64,000 nt of DNA. Origin: Mustelus asterias (lineage: Eukaryota). Positions 35,851-47,916 of this stretch are shown one piece after another. Position 1 is the stretch's first letter. Each line of letters starts with the position of its first letter. The stretch is from assembly GCF_964213995.1 (NCBI RefSeq), contig NC_135819.1, forward strand, positions 4,464,001 to 4,528,000. The letters are read 5' to 3'. The notes under the pieces are model-generated. The model was not told the origin of the DNA, ran no database searches, and saw only the letters and a program-made list of their open reading frames with translations. The position numbers and the translations under genes are program-made.

Positions 35851-36990
35851 TCCCTGGGAACAGCCCGTAGAGCACAGAGTCCCCGTCACTGGGAACAGCC
35901 CGTAGAGCGCAGAGTCCCCGTCCCTGGGAACAGCGCATAGAGCGCAGAGTCCCCGTCCCTGGGAACAGCCCGTAGAGCGCAGAGTCCCCGTCCCTGGGAA
36001 CAGCCCGTAGACACAGAGTCCCCGTCACTGGGAACAGCCCATAGAGCGCAGAGTCCCCGTCCCTGGGAACAGCCCGTAGAGCACAGAGTCCCTGTCCCTG
36101 GGAACAGCCCGTAGAGCACAGAGTCCCCGTCCCTGGGAACAGCCCATAGACACAGAGTCCCCGTCCCTGGGAACAGCCCATAGAGCGCAGAGTCCCCGTC
36201 CCTGGGAACAGCGCATAGAGCGCAGAGTCCCCGTCCCTGGGAACAGCCCGTAGAGCGCAGAGTCCCCGTCCCTGGGAACAGCGCATAGAGCGCAGAGTCC
36301 CCGTCCCTGGGAACAGCCCGTAGAGCGCAGAGTCCCCGTCCCTGGGAACAGCGCATAGAGCGCAGAGTCCCCGTCCCTGGGAACAGCCCGTAGAGCGCAG
36401 AGTCCCCGTCCCTGGGAACAGCCCGTAGACACAGAGTCCCCGTCACTGGGAACAGCCCATAGAGCACAGAGTCCCCATCCCTGGGAACAGCCCATAGACA
36501 CAGAGTCCCCATCCCTGGGAACAGCCCGTAGAGCACAGAGTCCCCGTCCCTGGGAACAGCCCGTAGAGCGCAGAGTCCCCGTCCCTGGGAACAGCCCGTA
36601 GACACAGAGTCCCCGTCCCTGGGAACAGCCCGTAGAGCGCAGAGTCCCCGTCCCTGGGAACAGCCCGTAGAGCACAGAGTCCCCGTCACTGGGAACAGCC
36701 CGTAGAGCGCAGAGTCCCCGTCCCTGGGAACAGCCCATAGACACAGAGTCCCCATCCCTGGGAACAGCCCATAGACACAGAGTCCCCATCCCTGGGAACA
36801 GCCCATAGACACAGAGTCCCCATCCCTGGGAACAGCCCGTAGACACAGAGTCCCCATCCCTGGGAACAGCCCATAGAGCACAGAGTCCCCGTCCCTGGGA
36901 ACAGCCCATAGACACAGAGTCCCCATCCCTGGGAACAGCCCGTAGACACAGAGTCCCCGTCACTGGGAACAGCCCATAGAGCACAGAATC
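35851..36990. repeat. GC-rich 34/35-bp minisatellite, about 33 copies
   Basis: Unit ccctgggaacagcccgtagagcgcagagtccccgt with interspersed variants. Confidence 0.95.
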
Positions 36991-38495
36991 CTGCATCACA
37001 GAGCTGCTCAGGATGAACCTCAACAAAGAAACCACTTGATCTCACTCCAGAACCTTCTTCGCAAAGGTACATTCCACAAGGAGGTGTGCGACCGTCTCAT
37101 CGTCCCCGCAGTCACCTCGAGGGCAACGTAGAGATGGAGTGAGACTCTGGACGTGTAGGAAGGATTTGACGGGAAGTTCCCTTCTCACCACCGGCCAAGC
37201 CAGGTCTTGGTGCTTGTTTGTAAGTCCTGGTGATGAGGCATTCTGCCAGATGACACTGACAGTCTGCTCAGAGAACCATCGACAGGATCCACCATCTCCT
37301 TTTCCCTCAGGGCCTCGAGGGCGTTACATACAGATCACTGCCTGATGGACTTGTGGTCAAAGCTGTTTTTCTGGACAAACCTTTCAACGAGGGGCAGTTG
37401 GTACGGCACGGTGGCACAGTGGTTAGCACTGCTGCCTCACAGCGGCAGGGACCCAGGTTCGATTCCAGCCTTGGGTCACTGTCTGTGCGGAGTCTGCACA
37501 TTCTCCCCGTGTCTGCGTGGGTTTCCTCCGGATGCTCTGGTTTCCTCCCACAGTCCGAAGATATGCGGGTTAGGTTGATTGGCCGTGCTAAGTTGCCCCT
37601 TAGCGTCAGGGGAATTAGCAGGGTAAATATGTGGGGTTGCAGGAATAATGGGATTGCTGTTGGTGCAGACTCGATGGGCCAAATGGCCTCCTTCTGTACT
37701 GTAGGGATTCGATGATTCTAATTGGAGTGTTCCGCAGCAGTGTGGCTAAACCCCTTTTTCACAACACCGGGGACAGTTAGAACATCAGTACCTAGAGACA
37801 CTTGGTGTTAGTGTACCGAGGATCTACACACAGCTTGATGCAGCCACACACAAAGGTGGCCGTCAGGATGAGGGTTCTGTTGGGTACACTTCTCCCACCC
37901 TAGCGACCAGTGTAAATCCAAGACAGCAGATATGTGCATGTTAATTCAGTTCCTGCGTGCTGTTTGACTGCGACCCGGACACAATTCCAACCCCTTCACA
38001 ATTATTCAGCCGAAACAGCGGAATAAAGCGAACAGTATCAAAGTTAATTACCATTCCTTTGAAGCAGAAAAATTCAAAGGGAATTTAATTTTCCCCTCAA
38101 CTCCTCCTCTGCCCCTGAAGACTCTGCCACTTTGCGAGATTGTAGATAACATACAGAAATGCCCTCAGAGAAATTAAGCTATTAATATTCATATATCGAC
38201 TTTAAGGTTAAGGGCGGCACGGTGGCACAGTGGTCAGCACTGCTGCCTCACAGCTCCAGGGATACGGGTTCGATTCCCGGCTCGGGTCACTGTCTGTGCG
38301 GAGTCTGCATGTTCTCCCCGTGTCTGCGTGGGTTTCCTCCGGGTGCTCTGGTTTCCTCCTACAGTCTGAAAGACGTGCTGGTTAGGTTCATTGGCCGTGC
38401 TAAATTCTCCCTCAGTGTACCCGAACAGGCACCGGACTGTGGCGACTAGGGGATTTTCACAGTAACCTCACTGCAGTGTTAACGTAAGCCGACTT

Positions 38496-39506
38496 GTTGT
38501 TCAGTCTCTCAGTTGCAGTCCAGTAATAAATGATGACGCAAGTCCAGCTTCTCATAAATGTGAGGTGATTCATTTTGGTAGGACTAATTTAAATGTGGAT
38601 TACAGGGTCAAAGGTAGGGTTCTGAAGACTGTGGAGGAACAGAGAAATCTTGGGGTCCATATCCACAGATCTCTAAAGGTTGCCACTCAAGGGGATAGAG
38701 CTGTGAAGAAGGCCTATAGTGTGTTAGCTTTTATTTCTACAAAGCTTTTATTAACAGGGGGTTGGAGTTTAAGAGCCGTGGGGTTATGCTGCAACTGTAC
38801 AGGACCTTGGTGAGACCACATTTGGAATATTGTGTGCAGTTCTGGTCACCTCACTATAGGAAGGATGTGGAAGCGCTGGAAAGAGTGCAGAGGAGATTTA
38901 CCAGAATGCTGCCTGGTTTGGAGGGTAGGTTTTATGAGGAAAGATTGAGGGAACTAGGGCTGTTCTCTCTGGAGCGGAGGAGGCTGAGGGGAGACTTAAT
39001 AGAGGTTTATAAAATGATGAAGGGGATAGATAGAGTGAACGTTCAAAGACTATTTCCTCGGGTGGATGGAGCTATTACGAGGGGGCATAACTATAGGGTT
39101 CACGGTGGGAGATATAGGAAGGATATCAGAGGTAGGTTCTTTACGCAGAGAGTGGTTGGGGTGTGGAATGGACTGCCTGCAGTGATAGTGGAGTCAGACA
39201 CTTTAGGAACATTTAAGCGGTTATTGGATAGGCACATGGAGCACACCAGGATGATAGGGAGTGGGATAGCTTGATCTTGGTTTCAGATAAAGCTCGGCAC
39301 AACATCGTGGGCCGAAGGGCCTGTTCTGTGCTGTACTGTTCTATGTTCTATGTTCTTCACAAACTCACTTTATTCTCTTTTACAACTCCACATACACACC
39401 CCCAACACCCAGTGCCACTTGTAACCCCTTTATATATCCCGGTGAGTGCTATTAAACAATTAACGTACAAATTAGTTCTAAAGTTATAGTTAATCCATTC
39501 CTCACA
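38496..39506 (-). mobile_element. Probable solo LTR (minus strand) interrupted by a CR1 3' fragment (about 38556-39355, plus strand)
   Basis: Minus strand starts TGTGAG, has TATATAAA and AATAAA, and resumes across the CR1 to end ...AACA. The CR1 ORF 38762-39274 is unambiguous; the LTR call is weaker. Confidence 0.55.
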
Positions 39507-39514
39507 CTTGTGAC

Positions 39515-39660
39515 ACGAATGAAGAAACTTAAATTGCAAAAAGACAAATTATTGCTTCATTTCTGCAGGCCTGCAGAGGGCGCTCCCGTCATCTTTGGTC
39601 ATCTAATCCTATTGCGAACCAGCAAATCGGAGACGCGGGAGTATGAGATCATAGAGAGAG
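39515..39660 (+). promoter_or_regulatory. CTCF-like module, copy 2
   Basis: CCTGCAGAGGGCGC at 39570-39583; flanks align with 32955-33100. Confidence 0.45.
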
Positions 39661-39944
39661 TGAAACAGGATCTGAGAAGCTGAATAATATACAGGTGAGG
39701 CAAACCACAGCTCTGATATTTCTAACTGTAATTAAGAGAATAATAAACAGAGCCAGCCACACAACACACACCCATCAACACGGTACACAGCGGTTAAAGG
39801 ATGTGAACTCTCTCACAACAATGTTTCCTTCTCTGCCGGAGCTTATTTTGTTTTTACTGGGGAAACGGTTGCAGGCACGACGAAACGGCAGAACGAATAA
39901 GAGAAGGAAATAGACTGGGGGCAATTGCGAGGTGCGTCGCAGTA

Positions 39945-40370
39945 ATCGCAAGCAACTACAAAAGGTGGTGAATGTAGCCCAATCCATCACGCACACCAGC
40001 CTCCCATCCATTGACTCTGTCTACACTTCCCGCTGCCTCGGAAAAGCAGCCAGCGCAATCAAGAACCCCACGCACCCCGGACATTCTCTCTTCCACCTTC
40101 TTCCGTTGGGAAAAAGATACAAAAGTCTGAGGTCACGCACCAACCGACTCAAGAACAGCTTTTCCCTGCTGCTGTCAGACTTTTGAATGGACTTACCTTG
40201 CATTAAGTTGATCTTTCTCTACATCCTAGCTATGACTGTAACACTACATTCTGCGCTCTCTCATTTTCTTCTCTATGAACGGTATGTTTTGTCTGTATAG
40301 CGCGCAAGAAACAATACTTTTCACTGTATGTTAATACATGTGACAATAATAAATCAAATCAAATCAAAAA
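39945..40370 (+). mobile_element. Rex1-like LINE 3' fragment
   Basis: LQKVVNVAQSIT...RLKNSF and (AAATC)n tail. Confidence 0.8.
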
Positions 40371-40599
40371 TCAAAAGTATCATTATCAGAATGCATTTTG
40401 AAATTGGGGCATTGCCAATTGTGTGGAGGGGGAAGGCTATTTAACCCTTTGACTGTTCTCCACTCAATGAGATCCTGATCGGACCTCAACCCCATTTACC
40501 CTCCTTTGTTCCATGACTCTCACCAGCTTTTACAGATGCACCAAGGAAAGCGATCTTTCTGATCGTATCACAGCTCGGTCTGGCTCATTTTATGGGACA

Positions 40600-43500
40600 T
40601 TTGATCAGTATTGGAACAGGAGGGATCTGTAAGCTTGTAACGGTCTTCACCTGAATCGATCTGGGACCAGTGTTCTCGCGAAAGGGATAAATAGGGTGGT
40701 CACAAGGACTTTAAACTAGCAAGTTGGGGGAGGGGGAAGAGAGGAGTAAAACTACGGGAAATATACGGAAAGAAAAGCAGCAGGTTAGCATGTGGGGAGA
40801 ATGTTCCAACTACATCAAAAATCAGGAAAAAAGTTAAAAGCCACAGCACATGGACTGCAGCGATTCAAGAAGGCAGCTCACCACCACCTTCTCAAGGGGC
40901 AACTAGGGATGGGCAATAAATGCTGGCCCAGCCAGCGACGCCCAGGTCCCACAAATGAATAATAAAAAGTAAGGAGAACTCAGGGGATGTTATTAATGGA
41001 AGTGTAAAAATTCAAAAAGGTACAAAAACTAGCATAAGGGCATTTTATCTGAATGCTCGTAGCATTCGAAACAAGGTCAATGAATTGATGGCACAAATCA
41101 TTGCGGACGAGTATAATTTGGCAGCCATTACAGAGACATGGTTGCAGGGTGGTCAAGACTGGGAGTTAAATATCCAGGGGTATCAGACTGTTCAGAGGGA
41201 CAGATAGGAAGGTGAGGGAGGTGGTGTAGCTCTGATATTTAAGGATGACATCAGGGCAGCAGTGAGAGATGATATAGGTTCTATGGAAAAAGAGGTTGAA
41301 TCCGTTTGGGTGGAAATTAGAAATAGTAAGGAGAAAAAGTCACTGATAGGCGTAGTCTACAGGCCACCAAATAATGACATCATGGTGGGGCAAGAAATAA
41401 ACAAAGAAATAACTGATGCATGTAAAACTGGCACAGCAATTATCATGGGGGATTTTAATCTACATATCAATTGGTCAAACCAGGTTGGTCAAGGCAGCCT
41501 TGAGGAGGAGTTCAGAGAATGTATCCGCGATAGTTTCCTTGAGCAATATGTAATGGAACCTATGAGGGAGCAAGCTATCCTAGATCTGGTCCTGTGTAAT
41601 GGGACAGGAATAATTAATGATCTTACAGTTAGGGATCCTCTTGGAAGAAGCGATCACAGTATGGTTGAATTTAAAATAGAGATGGAGCGTGAGAAGGTAA
41701 AATCCAATACCAGTGTCTTGTGCTTAAACAAAGGCGACTACCAAGGGATGAGGGAGGAGTTGGCTAAGGTAGACTGGGAGCAAATACTTTATGGTGGGAC
41801 AATTGAGGAACAGTGGAGGACTTTCAAAGCGATCTTTCACAGTGCTCAGCAAAAGTATATACCAGTGATAAAAGTCTGTAGAAAAAGAGATAATCAGCCA
41901 TGGATATCTAAGGAAATAAAGGGGGGTATCAAATTGAAAGAAAATGCATACAACGTGGCTTTTACTGATGAAGGAGCAGCGCTCGAAAGCTTGTGGCTTG
42001 TGCTACCAAATAAACCTGTTGGACTTTAACCTGGTGTTGTGAGACTTTTTACTGTGCTTACACCAGTCCAACGCCGGCATCTCCACATCTTTAGAGGGTG
42101 AGAAGGGGGATGTAATAACTGGAAATGAGAAAATGGCTGAGGCATTGAACAGGTATTTTGTGTCGGTCTTCACAGTGGAAGACATAAATAACATGCCAAA
42201 AACAAGAAGGCTCTGGCAGGTGAGGACCTAGAAACTATCATTATCACCAAAGAGGTAGTGTTGGGCAAGCTAGTGGGGCTAAAGGTAGACAAGTCTCCTG
42301 GTCCTGATGGAATGCATCCCAGTGACTAAAAGAGATGGTGGGGGAAATAACAAATGCACCAGTGGTAATTTACCAAAATTCGCTGGACTCTGGGGTGGTT
42401 CCTGCAGATTAGAAAACAGCAAATGTGACGCCACTGTTTAAAAAAGGAGGTAGACAAAAGGTGGGTAACTATCGGCCGATTAGCTTAACTTCTGTAGTAG
42501 GGAAAATGCTTGAATCTAATATCAAGGAAGAAATGGCGAGACATCTGAATATAAATTGTCCCATTGGTAAGATGCAGCACGGGTTCATGAAGGGCAGGTC
42601 ATGTTTGACTAATTTGGTTGAATTCTTTGAGAACATTACATGCGCAGTGGACAATGGTGAATCTGTGGGTGTGGTGTATCTGGATTTCCAGGAGGCATTT
42701 GACATGGTGCCGCACCAAAGGCTTCTGCATAAGATAAAAGTGCACAGTGTTACGGGTAATGTATTAGCATGGATAGAGGATTGGTTAACTAACAGAAAGC
42801 AAAGAGTGGGGGGTAAATGGGTGTTTTTCTGGTTGGCGATCAGTGACTAGTGGTGTGCCTCAGGGATCAGTGTTGGGACCGCAATTGTTTACAGTTTACA
42901 TAGATGATTTGGAGTTGGGGACCAAGTGTAGTGTGTCAAAATTTGCAGATGACACTAAGATGAGTGGCAGAGCAAAGTGTGCAGAGGACACTGAAAGTCT
43001 GCAAAGGGATATAGATAGTCTAAGTGAGTGGGTGAGTGGTCTGGCAGATGGAGTACATTGTTGGTAAATGTGAGATAATCTATTTTGCTAGGAATAACAG
43101 CAAAATGGATTATTATTTAAATGGTAAAACATTGCAGCATGCTGCTGTGCAGAGGGACCTGGTGTCCTTGTGCAGGAATCACAAAAGGTTGGTTTGCAGG
43201 TGCAGCAGGTAATTAAGAAGGCAAATGGAATTTTGTCCTTCATTGCTAGAGAGGTGGAGTTTAAAAACAATGAGGTTGTGTTGCAGCTGTATAAGGTGCT
43301 GGTGAGGCCACATCTGGAGTACAGTATACAGTTTTGGTCTCCTTACTTGAGAAAGGATATACTGGCACTGGAGGGGGTGCAGAGGAGATTCACTAGATTG
43401 ATTCCAGAGTTGAGAGGATTGGCTTATGAGGAGAGACTGAGTAGACTGGGACTATACTCATTGGAATTCAGAAGAATGAGGGGAGATCTTATAGAAACAT

Positions 43501-43870
43501 ATAAAATTATGAAGGGAATAGATAAGATAAAAGCAGAGAAGTTGTTTCCACTGGCGGGTGAAACTAGAACTAGGGGGCATGGCCTCAAAATAAGGGGAAG
43601 CAGATTTAGGACTGAGTTGAGGAGGAACTTCTTGACACAAAGGATTGTGAATCTGTGGAATTCCCTGCCCAGTGAAGCAGTTGAGGCTACCTCATTGAAT
43701 GTTTTTAAGGCAAGGATAGATAAATTTTTGAACAGTAAAGGAATTAAGTGTTATGGTGAGCGGGCGGGTAAGTGGAGCTGAGACCACGAAAATATCAGCC
43801 ATGATCTTATTGAATGGCAGAGCAGGCTCGAGGGGCCAGGTGGCCTACTCCTGCTCCTAGTTCTTATGTT
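40600..43870 (+). mobile_element. CR1-type LINE with APE endonuclease and RT, disrupted; Penelope pLTR fragment at about 41964-42090
   Basis: YLNARS, AITETW, YRPP, MGDFN, LDLV and SDH endonuclease motifs, followed by RT motifs in broken frames. Confidence 0.92.
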
Positions 43871-43874
43871 CTTG

Positions 43875-44295
43875 TGTCTTGCTCTGCCCAAGACTGCAAG
43901 AAACTACAAAAGGTCGTGAATGTAGCCCAATCCATCAGGCAAACCAGGCTCCCATCCATTCCCGCTGCCTCGGCAAAGCAGCCAGCATAATTAAGGACCT
44001 CACACACCCCGGACATTCTCTCTTCCACCTTCTTCCGTTGGGAAAAAGATACAAAAGTCTGAGAGCACACACTAACTGACTCAAGAACAGCTTCTTCCCT
44101 GCTGCTGTCAGACTTTTGAATGGACCTACCTCGCACTAAGTTGATCTTTCTCTACACCCTAGCCATGACTGTAACATTAATTCTGCACCCTCTCCTTTCC
44201 TTCTCTATGAACGGTATGCTTTGTCTGTATAGCGCGCAAGAAATAATACTTCTCACTGTATCCCAATACATGTGACAATAATGAATCAAATCAAA
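43875..44295 (+). mobile_element. Rex1-like LINE 3' fragment
   Basis: Same family as 39945-40370. Confidence 0.8.
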
Positions 44296-45174
44296 ATATC
44301 CAAAATATCTATCCATCCTTTTCAGTCTTGGAAGCTCTAATTGACCCCCAGCATCCCAGTGATCTTGGGGTGGGGGTGTGTGGTGGTGTGAGAGGAGAAT
44401 TCCACCATCCTTAGTGTGGGAGATGCTTCCTTATTTCCCTCCTGAAAGAGACGATCCTTCAGAACCGAGATGAGGGGGAATTTCTTCAGCCAGAGGGTGG
44501 TGAATCTGTGGAATTCATTGCCACAGGAGGCTGTGGAGGCCAGGTCATTGAGTGTCTTTAAGACAGAGGTAGATGGGTTCTTGATTGGTAAGGGGATCAA
44601 AGGTTACGGGGAAAAGGCGGGAGAATGGGGATGAGGAGCATATCAGCCATGATTGAATGGCGGAGCGGACCAATGGGCCGAATGGCCTAATTCTGCTTTT
44701 TTTTCATTCGTGGGACAAGGGCGTCGCTGGCTGGGCCAGTATTTATTACCCATCCCTAGTTGCTCTTGGAGAGCAGTTGAGAGTCAACCACATTGCTGTG
44801 GCTCTGGAGTTACATGTAGGCCAGACTGGGTAAGGGCAGCAGATTTCCTTCCCTAAAAGGGATCAGTGAACCAGATGGGTTTTTCCGACAATCGACAATG
44901 GTTTTATGGTCATTATTAGATTCTCAATTCTAGATTTTTAAAAATTGAATTTAAATTCTACCATCTGTCGTGACGGGATTTGAACCCAGGTCCCCAGAAC
45001 ATTAGCTGAGTTTCTGCGTTAATAGTTTAGCGATAATACCACTAGGCCATCACTTCCTCTCAAATACTTACTAAAAATTACAAATATCATGTTAAAACTA
45101 TGTACAGTTTCTAACTTTACTTATCTGGAGTGTGATGGGCTGAATACTTTTCCTCATTCTAAAGCTTAAGAGGG

Positions 45175-45420
45175 TGTGATAATCCCCACCACTTGCATGG
45201 GGAGTCACTGACTGAGCTCCCTGCAGGACTCATTGACTATGAGCTCCCTGAGGATTGGTAATTAGCTAACTAGGTGGAGCTTGTATACCGAGCCGAGTAT
45301 AAAGCAGGCCCCTGAGTGGGTCCATTATTGCATTGTCCCAGTTGGGACCCGTTTGTGTTCACCACAGGGGTTGTTCTTGTGTGCAATAATGTACTGTTCC
45401 TTCACAGCTGACTCCTGGGA
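45175..45420 (+). mobile_element. Possible solo LTR remnant
   Basis: Starts TGTGATAA and contains tataaagcagg like the 15313-16000 LTR; 3' end unclear. Confidence 0.35.
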
Positions 45421-45714
45421 TGGGATTTTATGGCCTCACTCGTCCCGAAACTGTAAGATTCCGCCCGGGGTCGGTCAACGCACCTTTCCATGGTCTGCTG
45501 CTCGTCTGCTCCGATTCCCGTGGCGGGCGGGACAATAACATTCCAGCCTTTGAGTTATTATAGAGGAAAATGAGAGATTTCATGATCTGGGAACGCGCTC
45601 CCTAAAATCTGGTTTTTAAAAAATCCCATAATCACTTGCAGAAGTTCAATGAGAAACCAAGACTTGATGAAGACTTGAGATGAAGGTGATGGGGGACGGG
45701 GGACGGGGCGGGGG

Positions 45715-47050
45715 TATAGCGCACAAGAAACAACACTCTTCACTGTATCCCAGTACATGTGACAATAATAAATCAAATCAGACTGTAACACTACATTCTG
45801 CACCTTCTCCTTTCCTTCTCCCCTATGTACTCTATGAATGGTATGCTTTGTCTGTATCGCGCGCAAGAATCAATACTTTTCACTGCATCCAAATACATGT
45901 GACAATAATAAATCAAATTAAAGTTACTAATGAATCCTAATTCTGCTCCTATATTTTATCGCCACGGTGGCAGAGTGGTTAGCACTGCTGCCTCTCAGCG
46001 CCAGGGACACGGGTTCAATTCCAGTCTCGGGTCACTGTCTGTGTGGAGTTTGCACATTCGCCCCGTGTCTGTGTGGGTTTCCTCCGGATGCTCCGGTTTC
46101 CTCCCACACTCCAAAGATGTGTAGGTTAGGTTGATTGGCCATGATAAATTGTCCTTTAGTGTCAGGGTGACTAGCAGGGTAAATACATGGGTTAACGGGC
46201 TAGGACCTGGGTGGGATTGTTGTCAGTGCAGGCTCGATGGGCCGAATGACCTCCTGCACTGTAGAGATTCTATGATTCCATCTATTTTCTGAACTCTGTC
46301 CTTTCCTTCTCTCCTGGATACTTCTATGAATGGAATGTTTTGTCTGTATAGCGTGCAAGAAACAATACTTTTCACTGTATCCCAAGACATGTGACAGGTT
46401 CATAGAATCATTGAATCATAGATCACTGTTTGTGTGGAGTTTGCACATTCCCCCTGTGTCTGTGTGGGTTTCCTCTGGGTGCTCCGGTTTCCTCCCACAG
46501 GTGGATTGGCCATGCTAAATTGCCCATTAGTGTCAGGGGGACTAGCTAGGGTAAATACATGGGGTAACGGGATAGGGCTTAGGTGGGAGTGTTGTCAATG
46601 GGCTGAATGGCCTCCTTCTGCACCGTAGGGATTCTATGATTCTATCTGTTTTCTGAACTCTCTCCTTTCCTTCTCCCCTGTGTACTCTATGAACGGTATG
46701 CTTTGTCTGTATAGCACGCAAGAAACAATACTTTTCACTGTATCCAATACATGTGACAATAATAAATCAAATCAAAGACTGTAACACTATATTCTGCACC
46801 CTCTCCTTTCCTTCTCCCCTATGTACTCTATGAACAGTATGCTTTGTCTGTATCGCGCACAAGAAACAATACTTTTCACTGTATCCCAGTACGTGACAAT
46901 AATAAATCAAATCAAAGATTGTAACACTATATTCTGTCCTTTCTTTCTCCCCTGTGTACTCTATGAACGGTATGCTTTGTCTGTATAGTGCGCAAGAAAC
47001 AATACTTTTCACTGTATCCCAATACACGTGACAATAATAAATCAAATCAA
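45715..47050 (+). repeat. Tandemly reiterated Rex1 3'-UTR tails (about 120-125-bp units) interleaved with SINE pieces
   Basis: Repeated ...tatgctttgtctgtatagcgcgcaagaaacaatacttttcactgtatcccaatacatgtgacaataataaatcaaatca. Confidence 0.8.
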
Positions 47051-47786
47051 ACATTACATCACTCCCAAAGTATTTCACAGCCAATTAATAACTTTTGGCA
47101 CAAAAACAGAAAAATGCTGGAAAAATCTCTAATATACTTTTGATTTGTCCTGAATGCAGACAGCCAATTTACACCCAGCAAACTCCCACAACCAGCCATG
47201 TGATGATGACTGGATTTATTTTCTGGTTTGTGCTGTCGGAATCTGGACATTGTCAGTTAACACAGAGCATTCCAGCTTCCACGGGGCACTTTAATATGGC
47301 CGGGGGGGGGGGGGGGAGAGTGGGTCATTGATCTGGAGAGTTCAAGACTCTGATTCTGAATGAGGGAGGCACAATAGGGGGGGGGGGGGAAGGAGAGGGC
47401 TCAATGGGCTGGGGTTGTAGGAAAGGTTCCCTCTAGGTGGTGCTGCGAGTGAACGAAACATCACCACCTGAAAGCAGTGAAAAATGACGAGTTAGGGGAA
47501 CAGCCCAGCCTCCAGTGTGAGTGAGTCAGCGCAGTACCTGGCTGCTGGAGGGAGAGGGAGGAGGTTCGGCAGCACAGTGGGGGGAGAGAGAGAAGGAAGG
47601 GAAGGAATTAGAGCTCTTTATCCAAGTATTGCTCTGCAACTCCAACTGGGCGAAAGGGAGCTAAGGAGGGAAGTGAGCCATTGAAGAGGTGGTGGTGGAA
47701 GAAAAGAATAATCCAATTCTCCCTTCTTTCTCGCTTTGACTGTGGCTTGAACCGACACTGCGGATGGCCGCTTGTGTCCTCCTGCT

Positions 47787-47916
47787 ATGGTAGATGTGGA
47801 TGAAATGAGGAAGACTTTTCTTGTACCGGAGATCAAGCCTTTGGACCAGTACGACATTAGCCGAGCCAAGATCGCGGGGAGCTTGTCCTGGCTGGTAGCC
47901 AGGTCCTATGGATCAG
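47787..47916 (+). CDS. CAMSAP3: CAMSAP family gene, first coding exon (most similar to CAMSAP3)
   Basis: MVDVDEMRKTFLVPEIKPLDQYDISRAKIAGSLSWLVARSYGS matches the CAMSAP N-terminus as I recall it (CAMSAP3 RRTFLVPEIKSLDQYDFSRAK; CAMSAP2 MRKTFIVPAIKPFDHYD). Phase-1 donor TCA G|gtacag. Repeat-poor, G-rich flanks fit a promoter/first exon. Confidence 0.82.

Noticed and set aside
35777-37072. Long Cys/Gly-rich ORFs (up to 346 aa)
   Set aside because: They are translations of the 34/35-bp minisatellite; frames interconvert with unit length and there is no splice or domain support.
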